A stretch of 64,000 bases of DNA from an uncultured cyanobacterium. GTDB taxonomy: Bacteria; Cyanobacteriota; Cyanobacteriia; Cyanobacteriales; CAWUOF01. The stretch covers positions 2,144,001-2,208,000 of the forward strand of contig CAVUSO010000001.1 of the NCBI GenBank assembly GCA_963744145.1, in the 5' to 3' direction. Below the pieces are notes generated by a model. The model did no database searches, was not told where the DNA came from, and saw nothing but the letters and a program-made list of their open reading frames with translations. This document shows positions 1 to 11,431 of this stretch, piece by piece (the first letter of the stretch is position 1; each line of letters opens with the position of its first letter). Made by a program: the position numbers and the translations under genes.

Positions 1-93
1 TTATAGAAACTAATAATATTGGACATTTTCTAGCTAATTATAGTGAACGACCAGAAGAGCAACTCAATCCACTGAACGCAAACCACCAAAACT

Positions 94-1839
94 ATGAACA
101 AAGCATCGGTTTTAATTATTGACGACCAACCAGATAATTTTGATGTCATTGAAACTTTTTTGAGCAAGGAAGACTATCAATTACATTATGCAGCTAATGG
201 TCAAGAAGCGATCGCCACACTCGACATATTTAAGCCAGATTTAATTCTCTTAGATATCATGATGCCAGGAATGGATGGGATTGAATTTTGTCAACAGATT
301 AAAGCCATACCCCAATGGGAAGCAGTACCAATCATTGTCGTGACAGCTCTGACCACTAAAACAGCTTTAGCTGAATGTTTAAGCGCTGGAGCAGACGACT
401 TTATCAGTAAACCTGTCAATAGCTTAGAGCTAACTGCTAGAGTCAGATCAATGTTACGCATTCGTCAACAATATCATCAACTAACAACCTTCAATGCTCG
501 ATTAGAAGCAACAGTACAACAACGCACTAACCAACTCCAAACAATGATTTTTCAGGATGGGCTCACCGCCCTACCTAGTCGGAAATTTTTACTTCAGAAA
601 TTGACAGAGATCTTAAAATCTGGCTCATTATCCTTTGCGATAGTTTCCCTCGACTGTGATCAGTTTAAACTGGTGAATGGTTCCTTTGGTTATGCCGTGG
701 GTGATCAATTATTAATCACGATCGCCAAACGTTTACAACATTATCTACGTCCTGGGGATATATTGGCCAGAATGGGAGAGGATGAGTTTTGTTTTTTGCT
801 CAATCAAATTGAAAATCTAATCGAGATTGAGAGATTTATTCAAATTCTGCTAGACAGCTTTAAAGCACCGTTTTCCGTAGCAAATTGTCAAATTTTTATG
901 ACTGTCTCGATTGGGATTGCTTTAGGTAATGATCTGGAGCGACAAGCAGAAGAATTTTTACAAGATGCTGATACGGCAATGTATCAAGCGAAAAGTCGTG
1001 GTAAGAGTAGCTATCAAATTTTTGATCGTCAGATGCACGTAACGATGTTCAAGCGTTTAATGTTAGAAAATGATTTGCAAAGAGCGCTAAAAAATCAAGA
1101 ATTCATTACTTATTATCAACCAGTTATCAATCTAAAAACTCAAAAACTGGCTGGATTTGAAGCATTAGTCCGCTGGCAACATCCGGAATGGGGTATGGTG
1201 TCACCAGGAGAGTTTATTCCTTGTATGGAAACAACCGGGTTAATTGTACCTGTAGGAATGCTTGTTCTTAGACAAGCTTGTCTACAACTTCAGACTTGGC
1301 AACAGCAAGGTTGGACTGAAATCAGTATGAGTGTAAATCTATCAGTCCGACAATTTGCTTGTTCGACCCTGATTAGTGATATCGATCAGGTGTTACGCGA
1401 AACTGGTATTAATCCGGCTGATCTCAAGTTAGAAATTACGGAAAGTGCTATTATGGATAATCCGGATCAGGCGATCGCGCTCACGGAAGAATTGCGATCG
1501 CGACAGATTCAGATTAGTCTGGATGACTTTGGAACTGGATATTCTTCTCTGGGTTATCTCCATCGTTTTCCTTTAAATAATCTCAAAATTGATCGCTCTT
1601 TTGTGAATCAAATTCAACCAGAAAATCGGAATTATCATGTAGTCGATACGATTATTTCCCTCAGTCAACAACTTGGTCTCTCAGTTATTGCCGAAGGAAT
1701 TGAAACCATTCCACAATTAGAATGGCTCCAGCAACTCGGTTGTGAGTTTGGACAAGGTTATTTATTTTCTAAACCCCTAGCTGGTACAGCATTTTTCCAA
1801 GATGATCAACCAATTCCAAATTTTAGGACAAATATGTAA
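94..1839 (+). CDS. REC-GGDEF-EAL response regulator, probable c-di-GMP phosphodiesterase
   Basis: Receiver (IIDD...LLDIMMP...FISKP); GGDEF degenerate to GEDEF with RPGD I-site; EALVRW and [10 protein letters not shown] of the EAL domain intact. Confidence 0.93.
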   Translation: MNKASVLIIDDQPDNFDVIETFLSKEDYQLHYAANGQEAIATLDIFKPDLILLDIMMPGMDGIEFCQQIKAIPQWEAVPIIVVTALTTKTALAECLSAGADDFISKPVNSLELTARVRSMLRIRQQYHQLTTFNARLEATVQQRTNQLQTMIFQDGLTALPSRKFLLQKLTEILKSGSLSFAIVSLDCDQFKLVNGSFGYAVGDQLLITIAKRLQHYLRPGDILARMGEDEFCFLLNQIENLIEIERFIQILLDSFKAPFSVANCQIFMTVSIGIALGNDLERQAEEFLQDADTAMYQAKSRGKSSYQIFDRQMHVTMFKRLMLENDLQRALKNQEFITYYQPVINLKTQKLAGFEALVRWQHPEWGMVSPGEFIPCMETTGLIVPVGMLVLRQACLQLQTWQQQGWTEISMSVNLSVRQFACSTLISDIDQVLRETGINPADLKLEITESAIMDNPDQAIALTEELRSRQIQISLDDFGTGYSSLGYLHRFPLNNLKIDRSFVNQIQPENRNYHVVDTIISLSQQLGLSVIAEGIETIPQLEWLQQLGCEFGQGYLFSKPLAGTAFFQDDQPIPNFRTNM

Positions 1840-1989
1840 ATATGTAATTATACATAAATTTTAGAATTGCCAGTAGCTACCTGCGTAATTGTACTTAAAA
1901 ATTTAGGTTCCTAATATGATTTGTATCACACAAGTGGATTACCAATTAAGGCAAATTTATAAAGGGAATCATCAGTAATAAAAATCTGT

Positions 1990-4900
1990 ATGTCCATGGT
2001 TATTAGTGCTAAAACAATCAACCCATTCAATTTTAGATCAACAATCGTCCCAAATCCCTTAATTGTATCTCCTGATACCATTGTCCTGGATGCTATCACC
2101 CAAATGAATGGTATGTATTCCCAGTGTGATCTAAGTACCACTACAGATAGTCAAATTAATCATAGTCATACCAAAGCGCGAGCAAGCTGCTTGTTAGTCG
2201 TGGAACATCAGAAATTAGTCGGTATATTTACGGAGCGAGATGTCATCAATCTGATTACCCAGCAAAAACCCCTTAACTGTTTGCGGATTGGTCAGGTCAT
2301 GGTTAATCCTGTGATTACTTTGTCTGAGTCAGCATTCACTAATTTATTTATAGCAAGTAATCTGATCCAGAAACATCAGATCCGTCATTTACCGATCCTC
2401 AATGAACAAGAATCGGTGATCGGAATGGTCACCCCAGAAACTCTCTGGTTCAATCTAGAACAACAGATGGAACCAAGAACCGCAAACCGGAAGCTTAAAA
2501 AAACTCTCGCAGAACTAGAAATAACTAATGCAGAATTACCTCAAAATCCGACGGATTTAAAAATCAGTCAGGTGCCATTTCTAAAACTTGAAAGTGAAAA
2601 ATTATGCCACCAAGATTTCTTTAATTTTGTCAATGCTCTAACTGAAATTAACCAAACCAAAGAAACTGAAACATTACTAAAACAGCAAAATCATATTTTA
2701 GAACGTTTAGTCAAGGAGCGTACTGCTGAACTTCAGAACAGTGAGCAGCGTTACCGTGCTCTTATGGATGGTGCTAGTGATGCAATTTTACTCATTAATG
2801 CTCAGGGGAATTTGATTGAGATGAATCGACGAGCTGAGTCTTTATTCGGTTATAGTCGAGCAGAAATAACTCAACAACATATATCACAACTTTATCCCGG
2901 TGATGCCCAGTTAGAAATAAATAACTATTTTAACAATGTGATTATGAATCATTTTAGTCCCAGCATTGAAAGTAGTATTCTGAGAAAAGATGGTAGTCAT
3001 TTACCGGTGGAAATTACAGCTAGTCGCATTGATTTGCATGGTGAACAAATTACTCAAGGAATTTTTCGGGATATTAGCGATCGCAAACAAACTGAAATTG
3101 CTTTGCAAGAAAGCCGGCGATTTATTGAACAAATCGCTGACTCTTCTCCGAATATTCTTTATCTTTATGATGTTCAAGAAAAGATGAATATTTATGTAAA
3201 TCGGCAGATTTTTACTATCTTAGGTTACTCAACAGAAGCAATTCAACAAATTGGCAAAAATTTAGATCAAGAATTAATCCATCCAGAAGATAGAATTTCG
3301 ATTTTGCCGACTTATTATCAGCGTTTAAATCTGGCTAAAGATGGGGAAATTATTGAAACTGAATATCGAATGAGGCACGCTAATCAAGAATGGCACTGGC
3401 TTTATAGTCGCGATGTCATATTTAGTCGTGATGACAAGGGACGAGTTAAGCAAATTATTGGAACCGCTGAAAATATTACCGAACGCAAACGCTTAGAACA
3501 AGCTCAAAATCGTCTAATTGCTATTCTAGAAGCATCAACTGATTATATTCTAATTGCAGATACTACAGGTGCCACTATCTGGAATAATACTACTCTGAAA
3601 AAACTACGATGTTTAGATTCTCATCTCGCAGTGATGCGGCAAAGAGTAACTGATTATCATCCTCCATCCGCAGTGGAATTAATTGAAAAACAAGCGATAC
3701 CAGCGGCGATCGCGAACGGTAGTTGGTTAGGAGAAAATATCTTGTTAGATGCACAAGGAAAAGAAATTCCTGTGTCCCAATTGTTAATTGCCCATAAATC
3801 ATCTCAAGGAGAAGTGGAATTTTTCTCAACCATTATGCGGGATATGCGAATTCACAAAGCTTATGAACAAAAACTAGAGCAAACCAATGCGGAATTGCTT
3901 CGTGCTACTCATCTCAAAGATGAATTTTTAGCTAATATGAGTCACGAACTTCGCACTCCGCTTAATGCTATTTTGGGCATCACAGAAGGACTACAAGACC
4001 AAGTTTTTGGTCCGGTTAATATTGAACAAATTAGAGGATTGCAAATTATTGAGCGGAGTGGGTTTCATTTACTGGCTTTAATCAATGATATTTTGGATGT
4101 TGCTAAAATTGAATCTGGTCAGATTGACTTAGACTGTACTCCTACTTCTGTAGCTTTACTTTGTCAATCTAGTCAAGCATTTATTAAACAACAAGCTCTG
4201 AAAAAACGGATTCAGTTAGAGATGAAATTTCCAGCCAATCTACCTGATTTATTAGTGGATGAACGGCGCATCCGTCAAGTTTTGATTAATCTACTTAACA
4301 ATGCTGTTAAATTTACTCCTTTCGGGGGTCGGATTACTCTAGAGGTAAAACGGATCAAATATTCTCCTCCCATTCAGGTGGCTGATTTGCCATCCCCAGA
4401 TTACCTACAAATTGCTGTGATTGATACAGGGATTGGGATTGCTCCAGAAAATATTGATAGACTATTTCAGCCCTTTATTCAAATTGATAGTGCTTTGAAT
4501 CGTGAATATACAGGAACAGGTTTGGGTCTTTCCCTCGTGAAACGTATTGTCGAACTTCACGGAGGAAAAGTAGGACTAACCAGTGAGGTGGGAGTAGGTA
4601 GTTGTTTTACAATTGAGCTTCCCTGTCATACTTCTAGAGCTTTTTCTCCTGAATTAGAAACTCAACCCGAGTTGTTCCAGAAATCGAACCAGTCTCAACT
4701 AAAAATATCACCCTTAATTTTATTAGCAGAAGATAATGAAGCTAATATTAGCACAGTTTCCAGCTACCTAAAAGCTAAAGGTTATCGTCTGTTGTTAGCA
4801 AAAAATGGTGAAGAAGCGATCGCCTTAGCTCAGTCTGAACATCCAGATTTGATTCTGATGGATATTCAAATGCCCAGTATGGATGGATTAGAAGCAATTA

Positions 4901-5070
4901 AACATATTCGTGATCATCCCAATTTAGTTAAGCTACCAATTATTGCTCTGACTGCTTTAGCGATGACAGGCGATCGGGAGCTTTGTCTGGAGGCTGGAGC
5001 TAATGATTATCTGACTAAACCAGTCAAATTGAAACAATTAGCAAATACAATTCAACAATTTTTAGCTTGA
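1990..5070 (+). CDS. CBS-PAS hybrid sensor histidine kinase (CBS pair, three PAS, HisKA, HATPase, REC)
   Basis: CBS motifs GIFTERDV and IRHLPI; PAS/PAC ends DISDRKQ and NITERKR; H-box [10 protein letters not shown] boxes DTGIGI and GTGLGL; C-terminal receiver. Confidence 0.93.
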   Translation: MSMVISAKTINPFNFRSTIVPNPLIVSPDTIVLDAITQMNGMYSQCDLSTTTDSQINHSHTKARASCLLVVEHQKLVGIFTERDVINLITQQKPLNCLRIGQVMVNPVITLSESAFTNLFIASNLIQKHQIRHLPILNEQESVIGMVTPETLWFNLEQQMEPRTANRKLKKTLAELEITNAELPQNPTDLKISQVPFLKLESEKLCHQDFFNFVNALTEINQTKETETLLKQQNHILERLVKERTAELQNSEQRYRALMDGASDAILLINAQGNLIEMNRRAESLFGYSRAEITQQHISQLYPGDAQLEINNYFNNVIMNHFSPSIESSILRKDGSHLPVEITASRIDLHGEQITQGIFRDISDRKQTEIALQESRRFIEQIADSSPNILYLYDVQEKMNIYVNRQIFTILGYSTEAIQQIGKNLDQELIHPEDRISILPTYYQRLNLAKDGEIIETEYRMRHANQEWHWLYSRDVIFSRDDKGRVKQIIGTAENITERKRLEQAQNRLIAILEASTDYILIADTTGATIWNNTTLKKLRCLDSHLAVMRQRVTDYHPPSAVELIEKQAIPAAIANGSWLGENILLDAQGKEIPVSQLLIAHKSSQGEVEFFSTIMRDMRIHKAYEQKLEQTNAELLRATHLKDEFLANMSHELRTPLNAILGITEGLQDQVFGPVNIEQIRGLQIIERSGFHLLALINDILDVAKIESGQIDLDCTPTSVALLCQSSQAFIKQQALKKRIQLEMKFPANLPDLLVDERRIRQVLINLLNNAVKFTPFGGRITLEVKRIKYSPPIQVADLPSPDYLQIAVIDTGIGIAPENIDRLFQPFIQIDSALNREYTGTGLGLSLVKRIVELHGGKVGLTSEVGVGSCFTIELPCHTSRAFSPELETQPELFQKSNQSQLKISPLILLAEDNEANISTVSSYLKAKGYRLLLAKNGEEAIALAQSEHPDLILMDIQMPSMDGLEAIKHIRDHPNLVKLPIIALTALAMTGDRELCLEAGANDYLTKPVKLKQLANTIQQFLA

Positions 5071-5222
5071 TTATCTAGTAGCGATCGCTAAAGATTGACA
5101 ATTACTTGAGCAGTTTTTATGATTAGTAAAATTATCAACCATGATCAGATTCAGAAACTTTTCCGAGCCCAACTATTTTCCCAATCTCCACCCAAATTTT
5201 CCCCTAGCAAAAAGCAAAACTT

Positions 5223-6224
5223 ATGAAATCCAAATTTTATTTTTTTCTAACTCTATTTGTTGTACCTTTGTTCATGGCAATTTTCCTGAATAGTTGTAAC
5301 TTAATTGGTCAAGGAAACTTAAAAACATTCACAGTTGGATTAAATACTTGGCCCGGTTATCAAGTAGCTTTATATGCTCAAGCAAAAGGGCTATATAGAC
5401 AAAATGGATTAGAAGTAAAATTTGTCCGTTTTACCAATCAGCAAGATAATATTCGGGCGACAATGCGGGGCGCACAAGATGCTAGCTTTGTACCTCTAGC
5501 TGAAGTGATGCAAGCCGATCCCAACCAGGAGCAACCTGTTTTTGTTATGGTTGCTGATATTTCTGCGGGTTCGGATGGGATTGCTGCCCAACCTCCAATT
5601 AACTCTGTTAAAGATTTAAAAGGTAAAAAAGTAAGTGCTAAACTTAGTACAATTTCTCATTTAATTTTATTGGAAGCACTCAAAGCTAACCAAATTAACC
5701 CCAAAGACATCGAAATAGTAGATGTTGGTAATGAGCATGGAGTAGAAATGCTTAAACAAGGAGAAATAAGTGCCTCTGTGCTTTGGGAACCGCTTTTAAT
5801 TGATACAGCTAAAGCAATAGGAGGAAAAGTCATTTATAGCACTGCGGATGTGGATAGCGTTGTGATTGATGGATTAGCAACTCATTCCAGTCTGATTAAA
5901 GATAAACAATATGAACTAGTCCAGTTTATCAAAACTTGGTTTGAAGTTATGAAAGCCATTGAAACTAATCCACAGGAAGTTTTTACGGTTGTGGCTGAAC
6001 AACTTGGCACTAAAACTGAGATATTTTCTCAAGACTATAAAGGACTGAAAAAAGGTGATTTAGCCATGAATCAACGGATGTTTGAAGGGGGAAGATTAAA
6101 AGAAGCTTCCCAAAAAACTCGTGAATTTTTATTAAGTGATCTGCGGCATGGACGCATTATTCGTGAAGATGTGGAACTAAATGGAGAACTTCTGGCTAAA
6201 GCAACTCAAAATGGTAGGTTATGA
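5223..6224 (+). CDS. NMT1/THI5/TauA-like solute-binding lipoprotein
   Basis: Lipobox-like FLNSC after a hydrophobic leader; WPGY, DISAGSDGI, SVKDLKGKKV and WEP motifs; no permease or ATPase gene adjacent. Confidence 0.85.
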   Translation: MKSKFYFFLTLFVVPLFMAIFLNSCNLIGQGNLKTFTVGLNTWPGYQVALYAQAKGLYRQNGLEVKFVRFTNQQDNIRATMRGAQDASFVPLAEVMQADPNQEQPVFVMVADISAGSDGIAAQPPINSVKDLKGKKVSAKLSTISHLILLEALKANQINPKDIEIVDVGNEHGVEMLKQGEISASVLWEPLLIDTAKAIGGKVIYSTADVDSVVIDGLATHSSLIKDKQYELVQFIKTWFEVMKAIETNPQEVFTVVAEQLGTKTEIFSQDYKGLKKGDLAMNQRMFEGGRLKEASQKTREFLLSDLRHGRIIREDVELNGELLAKATQNGRL

Positions 6225-8611
6225 AACAACAAACCCGATCTTATCAGCGTAAATTATCCCACCAATTGCTAGGCAGTTTGGGAGCATCTTTAAGTTTGAT
6301 TGGATTAACTACATTGTTGATTACCTATACATCCCTACGGCAAAATTTGGAACAAAAAATTAAACAACGAGCGCAAAACATTACTTATTCACTTGAATTT
6401 GCTTCAGAAGGATTGATTGAAAATAATGAAATATTTCTGTTAAAACGGATGGTGCAAAACTATGCTACTTTGCCAACAGTAATAGAAGTTTCTATTGTTG
6501 GTCCGGATGAAATTCTGCTAGCCCATAGTAATGAATTTGAATTTCATAGTAATAAGTTTCGTTATTATCGTGATCTTCATCCAACTCTGATCCCAGCACT
6601 TGAAAAAGCTTCTCAAGAAGGGGTAGAAATAACTATCCGTACTGTTTTAGATGGCAAAGCAGTGGTGGTAAATATGTTACCCTTTACAGGAGTTCTATTT
6701 AATAAATTAGGCTCTAGTTCTCCGGCACTGACAAAACGCCGAGGATTAGCTATCTCTGTACTAGATCTCCAAAAAATAGAGCTAGAAGCGTGGCAAAATT
6801 CTCTATCTTTGATTCTGACAATGACAGTCAGTGCTGTAATGATTCTGATCTTCATGAGCTGGTTAATTCAACGTTTAATTCTCACTCCTTTAGCACAAAT
6901 TAATCGAGCGATTATGCAGGCTGAACATCAGGATAATTTTTACTTACCAATTTTACCTGATAATGAAATAGGTTTTTTAGGAACAACTTTTGACCGAGTG
7001 TTTAAACAATTAAAAACTTATAAAAATCGGGAATTAGAAATAGCTGAACGCAAATATATAGAAATTGCTAAACGCTATAAATTAGCAACCAGTGCCGCTA
7101 AAATATGGGTATGGGATTGGCAGATTGAAGCTGATATATTTCTGTTAGAAACGGAAATGAAAGAATGGCTTGGTTATACAAATATGGAATTTTCTAGTAG
7201 TTTAAGTGCTTGGAGTAAATATATTTATATCGATGATCAAGTTATTTTTTTACGACTATTACAAGACCATTTAGATGGCAAAACTTCCGAGTTTTCCTGT
7301 GAACATCGTCTGGTGAAAGCAGATGGTGCTTTCCATTGGTTTCTGTCTCGGGGAAAAGCATTACAGCATGATGGAGGTAAAGCTTTCCGAGCGATCGGTA
7401 CGATTACAGATATTGCTGAACGTAAACAAGCTGAAGCAGAACTGAAGCAAACTAATGAAGAACTTATTCGTGCTAATCGTCTGAAAAATGACTTTCTAGC
7501 TACGATGAGTCATGAACTTCGCACTCCCCTGAATGTGATTATAGGAATGACAGAAGGATTGCAAGAAAAGGTCTTTGGTGATCTAAATGAAAATCAAATT
7601 ACAGCCTTAGAAACTATTGGGAAGAGTAGCGCCCATTTACTATATTTAATTAACGATATTTTAGATATAGCCAAGATTGAATCAGGTCAATTAGAGTTAA
7701 ATTTTGCGACTACTGATATTGCTAAATTGTGCCAATCAAGTCTGGCATTTATCAAATTACAAGCCCTAGAAAAATGGATTAAATTAGAGATCAAATTGCC
7801 GCCAGAGCTACCAAATTTATTAATTGATGAAAGACGGATATTTCAAGTTTTAATTAATCTGCTTGACAATGCTGTCAAATTTACTCCTTCTGGGGGACGT
7901 ATCACCTTAGAAGTCAGTAGTAAAACCCATTCTTCCGGTCAAAATTATCTCCGAATTGCTATTATTGATACAGGGATTGGTATTGCTCCAGAAAATATCA
8001 ACAAATTATTTCAACCTTTCAGCCAAATCGATAGTTCCTTGAACCGTAAATATCAAGGAACAGGTTTAGGACTGGCTCTAGTGAAAAAGATTGTTGAAGC
8101 TCACGGTGGAGAAATACATCTGACAAGTGAGGTAGGAATTAGCACTTGCTTTATGATTGATCTTCCTGGTCTGGTTTATTGTTCATTGGCTGTACCACTA
8201 GAAACCCATGTAATACCCAGGTCAGAAATTGGCAAATCGGAAACGGTGATATCTCCTTTAATCTTGTTGGTAGAAGAGAATGAAGCTAATATAAGTACAA
8301 TTTCTAGTTACCTAAAAGCTAAAGGTTATCAGTTGTTGTTGGCAAAAAATGCCCAGGAGGGAATTGGTCTAGCTCATTCTCAACCACCTAATTTGATTTT
8401 GATGGATATTTCTATACCTGAAATCGATGGAATTGAAACTATTCAAAATATCCGTCGCGATCCGAGTTTAGTTAATATTCCGATTATTGCTTTGACAACT
8501 TTAGCCATGACCAGCGATCGCGAACTTTGTTTAGCTGCTGGTGCTAATGATTATCTGAGCAAACCAGTGAAAATGAAGCAATTAGTAACTACGATCCAAC
8601 AGCTTTTATAA
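6221..8611 (+). CDS. Membrane hybrid histidine kinase (2 TM, periplasmic sensor, HAMP, PAS, HK, REC)
   Basis: Two hydrophobic segments; HAMP-like PL...[27 protein letters not shown] overlap with the upstream SBP gene. Confidence 0.92.
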   Translation: MKQQTRSYQRKLSHQLLGSLGASLSLIGLTTLLITYTSLRQNLEQKIKQRAQNITYSLEFASEGLIENNEIFLLKRMVQNYATLPTVIEVSIVGPDEILLAHSNEFEFHSNKFRYYRDLHPTLIPALEKASQEGVEITIRTVLDGKAVVVNMLPFTGVLFNKLGSSSPALTKRRGLAISVLDLQKIELEAWQNSLSLILTMTVSAVMILIFMSWLIQRLILTPLAQINRAIMQAEHQDNFYLPILPDNEIGFLGTTFDRVFKQLKTYKNRELEIAERKYIEIAKRYKLATSAAKIWVWDWQIEADIFLLETEMKEWLGYTNMEFSSSLSAWSKYIYIDDQVIFLRLLQDHLDGKTSEFSCEHRLVKADGAFHWFLSRGKALQHDGGKAFRAIGTITDIAERKQAEAELKQTNEELIRANRLKNDFLATMSHELRTPLNVIIGMTEGLQEKVFGDLNENQITALETIGKSSAHLLYLINDILDIAKIESGQLELNFATTDIAKLCQSSLAFIKLQALEKWIKLEIKLPPELPNLLIDERRIFQVLINLLDNAVKFTPSGGRITLEVSSKTHSSGQNYLRIAIIDTGIGIAPENINKLFQPFSQIDSSLNRKYQGTGLGLALVKKIVEAHGGEIHLTSEVGISTCFMIDLPGLVYCSLAVPLETHVIPRSEIGKSETVISPLILLVEENEANISTISSYLKAKGYQLLLAKNAQEGIGLAHSQPPNLILMDISIPEIDGIETIQNIRRDPSLVNIPIIALTTLAMTSDRELCLAAGANDYLSKPVKMKQLVTTIQQLL

Positions 8612-8637
8612 ATCTAGATAATTGCGAGGAAAAACCG

Positions 8638-9832
8638 ATGGAATTAGCATCCAAAAATATAGACATTGAACAAGTATTACGAGAGTTACGGGATATCAAA
8701 TATGCCCTTGATTTAACTACAATTGTGGCCATTACTGATATCAAGGGTAGGATTACTTTTGTGAATGATAAATTTTGTCAAATTTCTAAATATAATCGCG
8801 AGGAACTGATCGGTCAAAATCATCGGATTCTTAATTCTGGACATCATAGCCATGAATTTTTTGTCGAGATGTGGCAAACAATTACTCAAGGACAAATTTG
8901 GCGAGCAGAAATCAAAAATCGGGCTAAAGATGGTTCCTTTTATTGGGTAGATACTACCATTGTTCCTTTTTTAAATCAACATGGTAAACCCTATCAATAT
9001 CTGGCTATTCGCACAGATATTAGCGATCGCAAAAAAAATCGAAGAAAATTGGCAACGAGAAATCGAAGAGCGCAAACAGGTAGTACAGGAATTATGTGCT
9101 TTAACAGAACGTTTAAAGATTAGCAACCGAGAATTACAAGATTTTGCCTATATATCTTCCCACGATTTACAAGAACCCCTGCGGAAAATTCAAGCCTTTG
9201 GCGATCGACTCAAGTTAACCTGTCAGGATGCACTTAATGAAAAAGGAAAAGATTATTTAGAGCGAATGTTAAATGCGGCTAGTCGGGCGCAAATATTGAT
9301 CAATGATCTGTTATCCTTGTCACGGATTAGCACCCAGACCCAACCCTTTCAATTAGTGAACTTGTCGGAAATTCTGGTAGGTGTATTATCCGATTTGGAA
9401 ATTATGATTGAGCAAACTGGGGCAACAATTGAGTTTGATCCCCTACCTGTGGTCAATGCAGATCCCATCCAAATGCGTCAGGTTTTGCAAAATCTGATTG
9501 GTAATGCGCTTAAATTTAGACAAGCAGGAATTGCTCCGGTAATCCAGGTGCGATCGCAGCTTGATCTCGAAGCAGACCAAAATTGGTGTAAAATTCGGGT
9601 GATTGACAATGGGATTGGGTTTGAGCAAAAATATGTGGATCGGATTTTTCTCATCTTCCAACGACTACATGGACGGGGAATATATGAAGGTACTGGTATT
9701 GGTTTAGCAATTTGTCGTAAAATTATTGAGTATCATGGGGGAACACTAACAGCAGAAAGTGTGCCTCAGCAAGGTGCAACTTTTATTTTTACCTTGCCCA
9801 TTCAACCAACTCAATTAGAAAATCATGTCTAG
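8638..9832 (+). pseudogene. PAS histidine kinase (Cph1-type HK core) split by a +1 frameshift in an A8 tract
   Basis: ORF 8638-9123 holds the PAS and ORF 8981-9832 holds SHDLQEPLRKI plus HATPase; deleting one A from 9031-9038 gives a continuous [15 protein letters not shown]. Confidence 0.85.
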
Positions 9833-10283
9833 AAAAGGAAAAAGTATCACCATTTTGGTAGCAGAAGATGATGAAGACGATCGCTTATTAATGCAAGAAG
9901 CATTAGCAGAAAATCGTCTTGCTAATGATCTGCATTTTGTTAATGATGGTGAAGAATTGATGGATTATCTCCTGCATCGAGGAAACTATGGTGATCCCAC
10001 AAATGCGCCCCATCCTAGTTTGATTCTGCTCGATTTGAATATGCCTCGCAAAGATGGAAGAGAAGCTCTTAAAGAAATTAAAACTAACCCCAACCTTCGC
10101 AAAATTCCGATTGTGGTCTTAACTACATCGCAAGCAGAAGAAGATATCCTGCGTACCTATGATCTAGGAGTAAGTTCCTTTATCTCTAAACCCGTAGGGT
10201 TTGAATCGATGGTCCAAATTATGAAAACCTTGGGCAAATATTGGTTTGAAATTGTGGAATTGCCAGATCGAATCTCTAAGTAG
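9825..10283 (+). CDS. Single-domain response regulator (Rcp1-like)
   Basis: AEDDEDD, LILLDLNMPRKDG, VLTTS, YDLGVSSFISKP. Confidence 0.93.
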   Translation: MSRKGKSITILVAEDDEDDRLLMQEALAENRLANDLHFVNDGEELMDYLLHRGNYGDPTNAPHPSLILLDLNMPRKDGREALKEIKTNPNLRKIPIVVLTTSQAEEDILRTYDLGVSSFISKPVGFESMVQIMKTLGKYWFEIVELPDRISK

Positions 10284-10299
10284 CACTTTTTGATATTAA

Positions 10300-11430
10300 T
10301 TGTCGCGTCAACTCATGAGTCCCGAGATTTGTAGAGTCCTATTAATAGATGATGATGAAGATGATTATGTGATGACTCGCGATTTTTTGAGCGAGGCAGA
10401 GCAATTGTTATTTAAGCTAACATGGATTAATAACTATGAAGATGGACTAGCAGAAATCAGCAAAAATCAACATGAAGTATATCTGTTGGACTTCCATCTT
10501 GGGCAAGAAAATGGTTTAGAACTATTGCAAACTGCAAGGTCGAATGGTTGTAATAAACCAATTATTCTGCTGACCGGAGTAGGAGATCATCATATTGATC
10601 AGAAAGCGATGACAACTGGTGCATCCGACTACTTAGTTAAGGGTAATACCTTGAATCCTACCTTGCTGGAAAGATTTATTCTACACGCCATAGAACGTAA
10701 ACACTCAGAAATTCGTCAAAGGGAACTATTGGCTGAATTAGCGATCGCTAATCAGGAACTTCAGGACTTTGCTTATATTGTTTCCCATGATCTGAAAGCT
10801 CCTCTCCGTGGAATTGCTGCTCTGGTAGAATGGTTAAACCAAGATTATGGTGATTGCTTGGATAGCAATGGTAAAGAACTATTACACCTGATGAAGGGAC
10901 GAGTCCGACGGATGAGTGATTTAATTGATGGGGTGTTAAAATATTCTCGTCTGGGTCGGACCAGGGAAGAGAAAACCGAGGTTAATCTGAATCTGCTGAT
11001 TGCAGAAATAATTGATGCGATCGCACCACCGAGCGAGATTAACATCATCATCGATAGAAATTTACCGACCCTCCAAGTGGAAAAAACCCGCATCCAACAA
11101 ATTTTTCAAAATTTGATTAGTAATTCGGTCAAGTATATAGGACAACCCAGGGGTGAAATTCGGATTGGTCATACTGAACAGCCGGAATTCTGGCAATTTT
11201 ATGTGAGTGATACAGGAATAGGGATCGAATCTCGTTATTTTGACAAAGTGTTTCAAATTTTTCAAACCCTGACACCAAATGACCAATCAGAAAGTACCGG
11301 AGTGGGACTAACAATTGTCAAAAAAATCGTCGAAATGTATGGTGGTCAAATTTGGATAACTTCTAAAGTTGGTCAATTTACTACATTTTGGTTCACCCTA
11401 CCCAAAGTAGTAGTGACGATTAAGGTTTAA
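10300..11430 (+). CDS. REC-histidine kinase (Cph1-type HK core); start may be the ATG at 10315
   Basis: N-terminal receiver; SHDLKAPLRGI H-box; DTGIGI and TGVGL boxes. Confidence 0.9.
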   Translation: MSRQLMSPEICRVLLIDDDEDDYVMTRDFLSEAEQLLFKLTWINNYEDGLAEISKNQHEVYLLDFHLGQENGLELLQTARSNGCNKPIILLTGVGDHHIDQKAMTTGASDYLVKGNTLNPTLLERFILHAIERKHSEIRQRELLAELAIANQELQDFAYIVSHDLKAPLRGIAALVEWLNQDYGDCLDSNGKELLHLMKGRVRRMSDLIDGVLKYSRLGRTREEKTEVNLNLLIAEIIDAIAPPSEINIIIDRNLPTLQVEKTRIQQIFQNLISNSVKYIGQPRGEIRIGHTEQPEFWQFYVSDTGIGIESRYFDKVFQIFQTLTPNDQSESTGVGLTIVKKIVEMYGGQIWITSKVGQFTTFWFTLPKVVVTIKV

Positions 11431-11431
11431 G

